DNA from: an uncultured Candidatus Saccharibacteria bacterium
GTDB taxonomy: Bacteria > Patescibacteriota > Minisyncoccia > JAHISW01 > Tagabacteraceae
Direction of reading: 5' to 3'
Assembly: GCA_964601305.1 (NCBI GenBank)
Contig: CAZRMW010000001.1
Span: 135,450-199,449 of the forward strand
Length of the DNA stretch: 64,000 nt
Under the pieces are notes generated by a model, which made no database searches, was not told the origin of the DNA, and worked only from the letters and a program-made list of their open reading frames with translations. A program made the translations under genes and the position numbers. Position 1 is the first letter of the stretch. Each line of letters begins with the position of its first letter. Shown here one piece after another: positions 48,570-57,945 of this stretch.

Positions 48570-50372
48570 TTAATATGGAGTTGTTATCTCCAAAAATGAA
48601 TTTACCATCATTTTATAAACTTTATTGCCAGTTATATTCTTTTTGGCAAATTCTTTTGATAATTCAAAAATACTTTGCTTCGTTTCTACCAACCTGTCTC
48701 CGTCAAAGTATCTTTCAACAATTTTGTACACACCCGGTTCCATCTGAAAATTTTTAACAGAAGTTTTTTTATTTTCTTCTGTATCAGGCATAAGACCAAA
48801 AACATATTTTGGAACTAATTTATTACTTGGTTCAAAAATCCTCACCTCAACCCTGTGTTTGGGGTCTTTATTTATCATACGAGCTGGGTATCCATCTCCA
48901 ACAGACGGACTTGTGGATTGCAGTACTTTTAAAGCCACATCTATAGCCTCATCATTTTCTGTTTTTGGATCATCAACAACATAGACATCAGGAGTTACGC
49001 CTACACCTTCTATATCTTCCTCTTTTACTGGAGAAAAGTATCTGCCAGTTGGAAGCATAAAAGTACCGCCTGTTTTTAAGTGAAACTCAGAGAGTATAGT
49101 TCCTTTTCCTGTTGTATTTTCTCCTACAACAATTGCTCCTCTGTCTCTTAAAGCAACACTCATTACTTCTGAACCGCTGGCAGAATTTCTATTTACTAAA
49201 ACAATAATTTTTGTTTTTTTAGACAAGATTTTAGGCACTTCACTTTCAGGAGGAGAAATGAAATAACCGCTGTAAAAAACATCTTCTTTTTTTGGGATAT
49301 GGGGATAATTATAATAAACGGTAATTTCCCCAGGCGAAATTAATCGCTCCAAAATCATATCTGTTAAAACAAATAAGCCTCCGGTATTGTCTCTCAAATC
49401 AAGCACTAACCCTTTTTTCATCCCTTTCTTTTTTAATTCATTCACTTTATCAACAAAGGGCTTAACAAATTTTTCCCTACCTTTTTTTGTCTGAAAATCC
49501 GCACCTTCTGTTGGCCATATAAAAGTGTTGAGTGAAAGATATCCTACGTCATCAGAAAGCATTTTAGCCTTCAGCTCAACTTTTGTAATCAGACCCCTCA
49601 TTACTTCTATTTCTTTTTTTGTTTTTCCATCTGGAGAAAGAAGTTTAAGAAGAACTTTTGTCCCTTCTGGGCCTCTAATCAAATCTACAGCATCCTTCAA
49701 ACGAAGTCCTTTAAAAAGACTCTCTTCTTCTTTTGATTTTACACCAACAGCAAACCAACCTTCTTCAACGCCAGCCTTGTGAGCCCCCTGACCAGGCATT
49801 ATTTTATCAATAAGCAATCCTTTGTCGCCAAGAACAGGGTTTTTAAAATTTTCATAAAGTTTTTTAAATTCAGGCTTTTTTAGCATCAACCTAAAAACTA
49901 ATGCCGTAATTTCAACGTCCTCAAACTCTGTTTCTGAAAAAGGAAAGGAATTAAACAGTTTTTCCCTTTCTTTTTCAAAAGATTCTAAATACCCCTCGTC
50001 TGCTGACGACACACCCATACCAACTCCTGAAAAATTTTGATTTTTTTCTTCTTGTTCTTTGTGTTTCTTGGGAATGTACCCACCCCATTTGTGCCCCGAG
50101 GTGTTTATAAGCAATCCCAAAAAGAACTCCATTTGATCTATCATTTTTTTCTTATTTTCTGGCTTTATTGAGCTATAGGCTTTTTTATCAAGCCTGTGAA
50201 GAATTTCTACAAAGTCTACCGCCCATCTACCTATTTCTTCTTTATTCCTCCAATTTAAAAATTCTTGAAGAGCAGGATTCCCTTGCTGTCTAAAGGCAAG
50301 AACAAAATTAGGTACAGACGCAAACACAAAAAACACTAAAAATACAAATGTTATAAGCCTTTTTGTATTCAT
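48570..50372 (-). CDS. S41 family C-terminal processing peptidase (with PDZ)
   Basis: GLVLDLRDNTGGL, LVNRNSASGSEVMSVAL, GENTTGKGT. Confidence 0.75.
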   Translation of the reverse strand: MNTKRLITFVFLVFFVFASVPNFVLAFRQQGNPALQEFLNWRNKEEIGRWAVDFVEILHRLDKKAYSSIKPENKKKMIDQMEFFLGLLINTSGHKWGGYIPKKHKEQEEKNQNFSGVGMGVSSADEGYLESFEKEREKLFNSFPFSETEFEDVEITALVFRLMLKKPEFKKLYENFKNPVLGDKGLLIDKIMPGQGAHKAGVEEGWFAVGVKSKEEESLFKGLRLKDAVDLIRGPEGTKVLLKLLSPDGKTKKEIEVMRGLITKVELKAKMLSDDVGYLSLNTFIWPTEGADFQTKKGREKFVKPFVDKVNELKKKGMKKGLVLDLRDNTGGLFVLTDMILERLISPGEITVYYNYPHIPKKEDVFYSGYFISPPESEVPKILSKKTKIIVLVNRNSASGSEVMSVALRDRGAIVVGENTTGKGTILSEFHLKTGGTFMLPTGRYFSPVKEEDIEGVGVTPDVYVVDDPKTENDEAIDVALKVLQSTSPSVGDGYPARMINKDPKHRVEVRIFEPSNKLVPKYVFGLMPDTEENKKTSVKNFQMEPGVYKIVERYFDGDRLVETKQSIFELSKEFAKKNITGNKVYKMMVNSFLEITTPY

Positions 50373-50474
50373 TTTGATACTCCTTTTATTTAGTTTTCAA
50401 GCTTGTTCGCCTCCGGCGATGTCTATTTTTATTGTATAACTCGTATTTTTGCGGTCAATTGACTAATTATAAGA

Positions 50475-50509
50475 AAACAAAAAAGCCGAATCTGCAAATT
50501 GCATCCGGC
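50475..50509 (-). terminator. Terminator of 50525..51178
   Basis: GCCGGAUGCAAUUUGCAGAUUCGGC followed by UUUUUUGUUUUC. Confidence 0.6.
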
Positions 50510-50524
50510 CTTTATATTCATTTT

Positions 50525-51178
50525 TTATTTTACTTTGTCGGGAAAATTTTTTTTAACAAAAGAAGAAAGCTGATCGGAATCCATACCGTCAATTAAAGGA
50601 ATTTCTCCGACAATATCTCCCTTACCATCAATAAGAAACAAGTGAGGAATGGAAGCTATCCCTGTTTTAGACAAAATTTCATACCCATCTTGATCTTCCA
50701 GCATATATGCTTTCCCACCGTATATCTTATTAATGGCCTTGTAATATATTATGCCTCTGGGAGAAAACTCTACTCTTTCTCCTTTATCACCTCTCATAAC
50801 AGCCTCTACCATTGCCACGTTAAAATCTGGATTATTTTCTTTAAATATTGCTATTACAAAAATCAAACCAGCGGTATCTATAACACCAGGATTATATTTG
50901 GTAATAACGACAAGCGTTGGTTTTTTACCGGTAACACTCTCTATATCAACAGCTTCCCCTTCTACATTGCTCATACTAACGAGCCTTAGATCTTTTAAAG
51001 ATTTTTCAGGAACAGCAGGTTTTTCCACCTCTTTTACAACAGGAATTTCCTCCTCTTCTACACTTGAGCTAAACGCCCACCCCGAGGGTGCCACCAAGCA
51101 TACAGACATAAAAAACAATAAAAACAAAATATGTTTGTTTTTCATTTTTGCCATCCTTTTGTTTTTGTTAAGGTTCAT
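50525..51178 (-). CDS. Secreted thioredoxin-fold-like protein lacking CxxC
   Basis: Signal peptide. IPHLFLIDGKGDIV strand typical of the TlpA fold. No Cys. Confidence 0.4.
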   Translation of the reverse strand: MNLNKNKRMAKMKNKHILFLLFFMSVCLVAPSGWAFSSSVEEEEIPVVKEVEKPAVPEKSLKDLRLVSMSNVEGEAVDIESVTGKKPTLVVITKYNPGVIDTAGLIFVIAIFKENNPDFNVAMVEAVMRGDKGERVEFSPRGIIYYKAINKIYGGKAYMLEDQDGYEILSKTGIASIPHLFLIDGKGDIVGEIPLIDGMDSDQLSSFVKKNFPDKVK

Positions 51179-51195
51179 CCGCCTTCGGCGGGTTC
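51164..51195. repeat. TTTGTTAAGGTTCA motif plus CCGCCTTCGGCGG hairpin (variant of the GC-hairpin family)
   Basis: Same TTTGTTAAGGTTCA motif as at 27311..27327. Confidence 0.5.
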
Positions 51196-51210
51196 TTGCT
51201 TATTTTCAGC

Positions 51211-52200
51211 CTACATTTCCTGCACCTCCACGTCAACCCTTTTCCACTCTCCCCACTCGCCTTTTTTGAGCAAGCCATTTGTAGCTCCCATTTCTTGAAG
51301 TACAGATGTAGCATTAGCCGTGCCCAGCTGAATTGCATGAGAGATATCTCCAGTATCTATATAGCCCGCAGTAAACGCAGAGCCAAACGCATCGCCCGCG
51401 CCAGTTCTCTCTACCATATCCGACTCTGGTATTCCAGCAGAATAAAGTTTTTCACCGTCCGACACTACCACCCCATCAGGGCCTTTTGTCATTACAACAA
51501 TTCCACCCGCCATCTGCCCCAATTTCTCAAAAATTTCTTTTTCATTTTTATAATCTACTCCCGTTAACTTCGCGCACTCTTCTTGGTTTAATATTAAAAT
51601 ATCTATTTTATCTAAATTTTCTTTAAGGATTTGCATATGTTCGTCTGTTTTTAGACTGCCAGCAGGATTTGAAGATACTTTTATCCCCTCGCTCCTAGCA
51701 TGCTCTAAGATAGCCGGAAGCATATCGTGACTATTTCCAGAAAGAGATCCTAAATAAAACCAATCTGCTTTCAAATCTCCAAAAGGAAGATCTTTTTCTA
51801 CAAGCTCGTGGCAAGCTCCGTATTTTTCTAAAATACTTCTCCCCACTTCTGGCAAAGAAAGTACCACTGAAAATGCTGTGTTGTACTCTTCTGACTCCCT
51901 AAGTAAATCTAAAGACACACCGTGCTTTGTTAATTCGTTTTTCACAGATTCTCCAAACGGATCTGTACCAACACCGCCAAAATACGCCGTTTTTAAGCCT
52001 TGCTCTGCAAGAGTGCAAGCAGTATTTGTGCCAACACCCCCCATTGCAAAAAGAACACTGTCCATTTTCATTTTAGAACCCAAAGAAATACACAGGCCTT
52101 TGTGTGTATCAAATTTTTCATTTTCTATCTCAGTAAAATTTTTACTACTCATAAAAACATCTTGAGTAGCGGAACCAAAAGTAATTATATCAAACTTCAT
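51211..52200 (-). CDS. PfkB-family carbohydrate kinase (ribokinase-like)
   Basis: TGAGDAFGSAFTAGY (DTxGAGD). N-terminal GSATQD. Confidence 0.8.
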   Translation of the reverse strand: MKFDIITFGSATQDVFMSSKNFTEIENEKFDTHKGLCISLGSKMKMDSVLFAMGGVGTNTACTLAEQGLKTAYFGGVGTDPFGESVKNELTKHGVSLDLLRESEEYNTAFSVVLSLPEVGRSILEKYGACHELVEKDLPFGDLKADWFYLGSLSGNSHDMLPAILEHARSEGIKVSSNPAGSLKTDEHMQILKENLDKIDILILNQEECAKLTGVDYKNEKEIFEKLGQMAGGIVVMTKGPDGVVVSDGEKLYSAGIPESDMVERTGAGDAFGSAFTAGYIDTGDISHAIQLGTANATSVLQEMGATNGLLKKGEWGEWKRVDVEVQEM

Positions 52201-52202
52201 TT

Positions 52203-53198
52203 TTAATCTTTTCTTTTTAAAACTTTTCTAATCGCTTCTTTTATGCTTTCCACACCCATTCCAAATTTTTCTATAAGCTCTTCCGGCTCTCCAGACTCTC
52301 CAAACCTATCTTGTACACCTACAAATTCCATCGGTACCGGGCAATTTTTTGCCAAAACTTCTGCCACCGCACTTCCAAGCCCTCCATTTATTTGATGCTC
52401 CTCCACAGAAACAACGGTCCCAGATCTTTTAGCACTCTCACAAATTGTTTTTTCATCTATCGGTTTTATAGTGTGATTGTTTATTACCTCTACTCCTATT
52501 CCCTCTTCTTCCAATTCTTTTGCTGCCAAAAGTGCTTTATATACCAAGGGTCCACACGCTATTACAGAAACTTTTGGAGATTTTTTGCTAGTATAAAAAA
52601 CTTCAGCTTTGCCTATTTCAAAAGGAGTATCTTCTGTTGTAAAAACCGGTGTCTTTTCTCTCGCAAATCTTAAATATGCTGGCCCTTTAGCTTTTGCCAG
52701 AGCCAAAGTAGCCTTTTTGGTTTCTATGCTGTCGCAAGGCACAACTACAGTCATATTTGGAATCACTCTTGTAATAGCTATATCTTCTACGGCTTGATGT
52801 GTAGCACCGTCTGGCCCCACAGAAACACCTGCATGCGCTCCAACAATTTTTACATTTGAATCGTTATAACAAATCGTTGTCCTAATTTGCTCCCAATTTC
52901 TTCCCGGAGAAAACATGGCATACGAAGCCAAAAAAGGAATCTTTCCTTCAGCCGCCATACCAGAAGCAACGCTAGCCATACTCTGTTCACCTATCCCCAT
53001 TTGTACAAATCTTTCTGGAAATTTATCAGAAAAAACTTGAGTACGTGTAGACCCAGAAAGGTCTGCACAAAGCGCCACAACATTTTCGTTTTCCTCACCC
53101 GCTTGAACCAGCCCCTCCCCATATCCATTTCTAGTGGGAATTTGTTCTATCTCCTCGCTAAATATTTTTTCTGATAGTTTTAAATTTTTATTTAACAT
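52203..53198 (-). CDS. Transketolase, C-terminal subunit (pyrimidine-binding plus C-terminal domains)
   Basis: RNGYGEGLV...ADLSGST...FVQMGIGEQSMASVASGMA. Confidence 0.85.
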   Translation of the reverse strand: MLNKNLKLSEKIFSEEIEQIPTRNGYGEGLVQAGEENENVVALCADLSGSTRTQVFSDKFPERFVQMGIGEQSMASVASGMAAEGKIPFLASYAMFSPGRNWEQIRTTICYNDSNVKIVGAHAGVSVGPDGATHQAVEDIAITRVIPNMTVVVPCDSIETKKATLALAKAKGPAYLRFAREKTPVFTTEDTPFEIGKAEVFYTSKKSPKVSVIACGPLVYKALLAAKELEEEGIGVEVINNHTIKPIDEKTICESAKRSGTVVSVEEHQINGGLGSAVAEVLAKNCPVPMEFVGVQDRFGESGEPEELIEKFGMGVESIKEAIRKVLKRKD

Positions 53199-53322
53199 AA
53201 AAATAATTTTAAATTTTAAGTTTTAAGTTTTAATTGAATTTTAAATAAGTAAATATTTTAAAAATTAAATAATTTAGATTTGATTTAAAATTTAAAATTT
53301 GTTATTTAAAATTTTATTAATA
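53199..53322. repeat. 124-bp spacer of essentially only A/T/G (no C), heptamer-like AA(T/G)TTTTA repeats, splitting the two transketolase subunit genes
   Basis: Direct inspection of 53199-53322. Confidence 0.7.
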
Positions 53323-54210
53323 CTAATCCACTTCACTAACAATTTTTCCATCTAGCGACCTCAGTTGTCTCAATGCTCTCTCTGCCTCTTCTGGTTTAGG
53401 TGGCTTACCATGCCACGAAAACTCTCTTTCCATAAAATCCACACCTTTGCCAGGAATTGTATTTGCAATTATTATAGATGGCTTATTAAAAATCGTCTTA
53501 CACTTTTCTACAGAATCCACAATTTCTTCAAAATTATGCCCGTTTATTTCTTCCACATGCCAACCAAAATCCTCAAACTTATCTTTTAGTGGCTCAAGAG
53601 GCATCACGTCTTCTGTAAAGCCATCTATTTGAATGTTGTTTCTATCTATAATTCCAATAATATTATAAAGTTTTTCTTTGCCTGCCATCATTGTAGCTTC
53701 CCAAATTTGCCCGCAATCAAGCTCTCCGTCGCCAAGCAAGCAATAAATCCAACTTGGATTGTCCGCCCTTTCCCCTTCTTTTTCTTTATCTATCCCCATT
53801 CTCATGGCAAGCGACATTCCAATAGCTTGTGAAAGACCAGAGCCAAGAGGCCCAGAGCTAGTTTCAAGGCCTGGAAGCACAGTTCTGTGCGGATGCCCCT
53901 GAAGCCTTGTGCCAAGCTTTCGCAAAGTTTTTAGCTCTTCAAGTGGCAAATATCCAGCATGAGCCATAGCAGTATATTGCACAGGGCAAATATGCCCATT
54001 TGAAAGTATGAGTCTGTCTCTTTCTTCCCAATCTGGCTTTTGTGGATCGTGTTTTAAAATATGAAAATAAAGTGCTGTAAAAATATCTGCCATACCAAGT
54101 GGCCCAGCAGAATGCCCAGACTTAGCCTCAAGAAGCATTTCTATTACATCTTGGCGAATTTCGTTCGCTTTTTCTTCTAAAAATTTTGTTTTTTTATCGT
54201 CTAAAGACAT
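53323..54210 (-). CDS. Transketolase, N-terminal subunit (TPP-binding)
   Basis: GHSAGPLGMADI...SNGH...GDGELDCGQIWEA. Confidence 0.85.
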   Translation of the reverse strand: MSLDDKKTKFLEEKANEIRQDVIEMLLEAKSGHSAGPLGMADIFTALYFHILKHDPQKPDWEERDRLILSNGHICPVQYTAMAHAGYLPLEELKTLRKLGTRLQGHPHRTVLPGLETSSGPLGSGLSQAIGMSLAMRMGIDKEKEGERADNPSWIYCLLGDGELDCGQIWEATMMAGKEKLYNIIGIIDRNNIQIDGFTEDVMPLEPLKDKFEDFGWHVEEINGHNFEEIVDSVEKCKTIFNKPSIIIANTIPGKGVDFMEREFSWHGKPPKPEEAERALRQLRSLDGKIVSEVD

Positions 54211-54872
54211 TTTAACTCCTCTATTTTTTGTTTAATATTATCACTTTCGAATATGTGGCTTGCCGCGCTTACTATATCTGCCCCTGCTTCTTTACATTTC
54301 TCTGCCACTTCTTTGTTTATTCCACCATCAACCTCAATTATAGCATCTGGACAATTTTTTCGTAAGTGCTCTATTTTTTCTAAACTTTCTTCTACAAATT
54401 TTTGCCCAGAAGGTCCAGGATAAACCGCCAAAATCTGAAACAAGTCTACCTTTTCATAAAACTGCGCAAGCTGTGTCCACGGTGTATCTGGCCCTATAGA
54501 AATTCCCACTTCTTTATCGGCTTCTTTGCATTTTTTGATTATAAAATGCGGATCTTTTACAGATTCCAATTGAAAAATTATTCTTTTTATTGGCGCTATT
54601 AGCCAATCTTCTATTCTCCTTTCTAAATTATCTATCATTAAATGAACTTCGATATTTAGCGAAGTTTCTACAGAAAGAAGGTCGCTGGCATTGTGCCATT
54701 TTACAACACTATTAAAAGTGCCATCTGAAATATCTATTTGTACAAAATCTACAAGATGCTTAAACGGCTCAATGGCTTTGAGCCGTTTTTTTACTTCCTC
54801 AAAATCTTCTACATTTATAATTGGAATAACTTGCATTAGGATAATTATATCAAAAATCCCCCCGAAGTACAT
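54201..54872 (-). CDS. rpe: Ribulose-phosphate 3-epimerase family protein (true start probably M13 at 54836)
   Basis: DISDGTF, EVHLMI, GISIGPDTP, VDGGIN. The first 12 codons lie in an upstream terminator hairpin. Confidence 0.7.
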   Translation of the reverse strand: MYFGGIFDIIILMQVIPIINVEDFEEVKKRLKAIEPFKHLVDFVQIDISDGTFNSVVKWHNASDLLSVETSLNIEVHLMIDNLERRIEDWLIAPIKRIIFQLESVKDPHFIIKKCKEADKEVGISIGPDTPWTQLAQFYEKVDLFQILAVYPGPSGQKFVEESLEKIEHLRKNCPDAIIEVDGGINKEVAEKCKEAGADIVSAASHIFESDNIKQKIEELKCL

Positions 54873-54890
54873 CGGGGGGATTTGTTTTTT
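54854..54890 (-). terminator. Terminator of 54893..55375
   Basis: AAAUCCCCCCGA-loop-UCGGGGGGAUUU (12-bp stem) followed by UUUUGAUAU. Confidence 0.75.
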
Positions 54891-54892
54891 AT

Positions 54893-55375
54893 TTATTCTC
54901 TCAAAAAAGGATGAGTATAAATTGCAACAATTTTTCTATCACCATTATATTGGAAATGATGAATTTTGGGAACACCACTAGGCGACCTAGTGCTTATAGC
55001 TTGTTGACCATATAAATAAAAACCAACATGTTTGTGCATTTTCCCATCACTCTTTTTTTGAGCCTCCCAAACAAGAATAACACCTGGTTTTAAAAGTTTT
55101 AAATTATTTGTAAATTTCCAACCACACTTCTCTAGTTCCTTCATGAGAGTATCAATATTTGCAGTAGGTGTCTCTATAAGATTAAATCTACTCAAAGTAT
55201 TGGATACAAAAACTGCACAACTAAACATACCTCTTTGACAGACATCCAAGATTTCTCCGTTTTCATTCTTAACAAAACAGTGCAAAAAAAGATCACTATT
55301 TTCGCTGTATCTTATTGTAGTAAGATAATTTTCTTTCAAAACAAAAGTATATTGTGGTTTTTTTATTTTACTCAA
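54893..55375 (-). CDS. Hypothetical protein (possible papain-like Cys/His hydrolase fold)
   Basis: Conserved-looking C and H positions only. Weak. Confidence 0.3.
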   Translation of the reverse strand: MSKIKKPQYTFVLKENYLTTIRYSENSDLFLHCFVKNENGEILDVCQRGMFSCAVFVSNTLSRFNLIETPTANIDTLMKELEKCGWKFTNNLKLLKPGVILVWEAQKKSDGKMHKHVGFYLYGQQAISTRSPSGVPKIHHFQYNGDRKIVAIYTHPFLRE

Positions 55376-55518
55376 TTTTTCCTCCTTTATCGTTTTGTTT
55401 TCAAACCTAAATCTAAACCAAAAATAGCACGCTTGGTACTATTTGTCTATAAAAACCGAAAACCGACATCGCCACGCCCGCCGCGCTTCGCTGGCGATAC
55501 GGGCAGGTAAGTCGGTTA

Positions 55519-55779
55519 TTAAGAATAAAGATTGCTATGAGTATCTATATCAACAAATTCAACTGAATCTCTGTCTAATATACTATAAATCGCCCGGAAA
55601 TCACCGGTAATGTTAATGCTTCTAAATATTTTAAATTTTCCACAAAGAGGATGGTTATTTAAAAAAGGATCGAAGGGATTTATTTCAAATAGTTTAAGTT
55701 TTTCATCAAATTTTCTCCGCTCTCGCAAGCGAAGTTTTTTGTACTTCTTTTTAAAAGATTTATGAAAATTTATATTCAT
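55519..55779 (-). CDS. RelE/ParE-superfamily toxin (YafQ-like), copy 1
   Basis: NNHPLCGKFKIFRSINITGDFRAIYSI...THSNLY fits the YafQ pattern hPLxGxWKGYRxxHIxxDWxLIY...TGTHxxL. Confidence 0.65.
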   Translation of the reverse strand: MNINFHKSFKKKYKKLRLRERRKFDEKLKLFEINPFDPFLNNHPLCGKFKIFRSINITGDFRAIYSILDRDSVEFVDIDTHSNLYS

Positions 55780-55789
55780 TATTTATGAA

Positions 55790-56062
55790 TTATGAATGCA
55801 GATATGCAATAGCTTCTTTTGCACTCTTAAAAGGACCGTCGACATTCTTATTGTTTTCCATATCTAGCAATATCCGATCTAAAAGTTTTTGAGTTTTATT
55901 ATTTGGTTTGGGGTGAGTAGAAAAAACAACTCGTTGTTCTTGAACGAATTCTCTTAGATATGAGTTTATAATAGTTCCCAACGGGAGCCTTAGCTCTTTT
56001 GCAATTTTTTGAGCTTCTTCTTTAAGACTCTTGTCTGTTTTTATGTTTATAACTGTTTGCAT
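55790..56062 (-). CDS. DinJ/RelB-family RHH antitoxin, copy 1
   Basis: INIKTDKSLKEEAQKIAKELRLPLGTIINSYLREFV, ribbon-helix-helix DinJ-like. Confidence 0.6.
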   Translation of the reverse strand: MQTVINIKTDKSLKEEAQKIAKELRLPLGTIINSYLREFVQEQRVVFSTHPKPNNKTQKLLDRILLDMENNKNVDGPFKSAKEAIAYLHS

Positions 56063-56134
56063 AATAACCTCAGTATATACCTAGGTTAAGTTTTGTCAAC
56101 ACGTACCATAAAAACCGACATCGTAAGTCGGTTG

Positions 56135-56395
56135 TTAAGAATAAAGATCGCTGTGAGAGCCAATATCAATAAATCTTACAATGTTGAAATCAATTTTGGT
56201 ATAAATAGCCCTTATATCACCAGTGATATTTATGCTTCTAAACTCAGACCACTTACCAGAAAGTGAATGATTTTTAAGTCGAGTGTCCATTGGGTCAATT
56301 AAAAATATTTCTAGCTGTCTAATTGTTTTATTTTTAATTTTTTGAGAAAATTTAGAAAAACTTTTCTCAAACTGTTTTGATAGTATATACTGCAT
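56135..56395 (-). CDS. RelE/ParE-superfamily toxin (YafQ-like), copy 2
   Basis: KNHSLSGKWSEFRSINITGDIRAIYTK...SHSDLYS. Confidence 0.65.
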   Translation of the reverse strand: MQYILSKQFEKSFSKFSQKIKNKTIRQLEIFLIDPMDTRLKNHSLSGKWSEFRSINITGDIRAIYTKIDFNIVRFIDIGSHSDLYS

Positions 56396-56398
56396 ACT

Positions 56399-56773
56399 CT
56401 AAAACTTAGATAAATGTTCCAAAAGCTGCTTACCCGAAATTGGCCCGGTTGATTCTCCTCTTATATATTCTTTTTCGGCTTCTTTTATAATACTTTGGAG
56501 ATATGGAGTGGGAACAGAGTTATTTGAAGACAAAGTTATTTCTTTATCTCTCACAAATTGCTTAAGAAAAGCATTTATAGCAGTTCCCAAAGGAATACCT
56601 ATTTCCTTTGCGGTTTGTTGAGCTGCTCCCTTTAAACTTTTTTCAGTTTTTATGTTTAATATAGTTTTAGTATTCATATACCTTAGTATATACAACGGTA
56701 TATTTTTGTCAACACACGCTAAAAACAAAAATAGCACACATAACGCTGTTTTGTCTATATTAGGTACGAACAC
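56399..56773 (-). CDS. DinJ/RelB-family antitoxin, copy 2 (start probably MNTKTILNIKTEK)
   Basis: LNIKTEKSLKGAAQQTAKEIGIPLGTAINAFLKQFV. Confidence 0.6.
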   Translation of the reverse strand: MFVPNIDKTALCVLFLFLACVDKNIPLYILRYMNTKTILNIKTEKSLKGAAQQTAKEIGIPLGTAINAFLKQFVRDKEITLSSNNSVPTPYLQSIIKEAEKEYIRGESTGPISGKQLLEHLSKF

Positions 56774-56923
56774 CCTAAATCCAGGGGGGTTTTGGTAGAA
56801 TAGAAGAAAAAACGGCTTAACAAGGCACTTAATTTATGACAAATACAAAAGGTTCAACAAAACCCTAATTTTAAAAACATACCTTTTTAAATTGAGTATT
56901 TAAAGATTTAACCTGAAACATCA

Positions 56924-56966
56924 AAAATGCCATCTGCTTACGATCGTATGAGAATGGCGAAATTTA
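56924..56966. repeat. 40-nt palindromic element, copy 2 (see 37999..38038)
   Basis: AAAATGCCATCTGCTTACGATCGTATGAGAATGGCGAAATTT. Confidence 0.6.
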
Positions 56967-57068
56967 AAAATTGTAAAAAATTAAACTCTCCAGTTTAAAT
57001 CGAGATTTTTGTTGCCAAAAGTATGTATTTTAGGTATATTATATACGAGTCGAAGGAGTCTTTTTAAG

Positions 57069-57141
57069 TCGGGGTAGCTCAGTTGGTTAGAGCACAGCAC
57101 TCATAAAGCTGAGGTCGTGAGTTCGAATCTCACCCTCGACA
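57069..57141 (+). tRNA. tRNA-Met (anticodon CAT; elongator or Ile2-type, not initiator-like)
   Basis: GTCGGGG acceptor stem, TAGCTCAGTTGGTTAGAGC D-arm, CTCATAA anticodon loop, GTGAGTTCGAATCTCAC T-arm. No encoded CCA. Confidence 0.85.
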
Positions 57142-57165
57142 CACGGCAAAAAATAAAATAAATTT

Positions 57166-57239
57166 GCGGGTGTAGCTTAGTGGTTTAAAGCGCTGCCCTG
57201 TCACGGCAGAGACCGTGGGTTCAAATCCCATCACTCGCG
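57166..57239 (+). tRNA. tRNA-Asp (anticodon GTC)
   Basis: GCGGGTG acceptor stem, CTGCC-CTGTCAC-GGCAG anticodon arm, GTGGGTTCAAATCCCAT T-arm. Confidence 0.85.
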
Positions 57240-57291
57240 CATAGCCAAAAATAGTCATCTTTTGATGGTTTATTTTTGTGCTTGGATGTTC

Positions 57292-57320
57292 TTGACACAG
57301 TGTGTTTAACGTGCTATTAT
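57292..57320 (+). promoter_or_regulatory. Near-consensus sigma70-type promoter TTGACA-N17-TATTAT
   Basis: TTGACA at 57292-57297 and TATTAT at 57315-57320. Confidence 0.6.
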
Positions 57321-57344
57321 CAAATCAGTTTGAAATCCTAGTTT

Positions 57345-57394
57345 TCACGACAGCAAGATGTAAATAATTACTTGTTCATATCTTGCTGTCGTGA
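57345..57394 (+). promoter_or_regulatory. Perfect 15-bp inverted repeat (TCACGACAGCAAGAT...ATCTTGCTGTCGTGA, 20-nt spacer) in the 5' UTR/operator region of 57452..57829
   Basis: Lies between the promoter and the AAAGGAG RBS. Confidence 0.6.
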
Positions 57395-57451
57395 TGATAG
57401 CGAGTGAAATAATTTTTCTTTGAGATGTGATATCTCAGAAAGGAGTAGAAA

Positions 57452-57829
57452 ATGTCCAAAAAGAGTTTGGTGGCTAAGGATTTAGCAGTAGTAGAAGTAA
57501 TTTCACACTTCTGTCGTCGGTTTAATTTCAGATTTTTTAATCGTGGAGGAATGGATATCAGGTATGCAGATGGAAAAAATCCAAGTCTGGCTATGGCAAT
57601 CGTGAAATTTTTATTGGTTACTAAAGATTCCGTTTCTCCAATAAAATGCAAGGTTGTTGTCACTTTGACCGAGTTAGAGGGAGTTTGGGAAGCCCTCGGT
57701 ATATTTCAAGTTAATATGAAAGAGGTTGGGGTGCCCCAAAGCAAATTTTCCAAACTCAATTCGTTTTCGGTTCGCTTTGACGACGACGGCGAGGATACTG
57801 AACACCGTTACGTCTTTACCCAAAGATAA
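57452..57829 (+). CDS. Small hypothetical protein (cassette 1)
   Basis: RBS AAAGGAG, own promoter. 125 aa. Confidence 0.45.
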   Translation: MSKKSLVAKDLAVVEVISHFCRRFNFRFFNRGGMDIRYADGKNPSLAMAIVKFLLVTKDSVSPIKCKVVVTLTELEGVWEALGIFQVNMKEVGVPQSKFSKLNSFSVRFDDDGEDTEHRYVFTQR

Positions 57830-57945
57830 AAAACCTGCCAGCGAGGAAGACTTGCTTCGGCAGGTTTTCCTTTTTTGAAAGTAATTAAACTATTTTTGCC
57901 TCCTCTAAACTCAGTTTTGGTATAAAAAATCTTTCGTTGCTTTGC

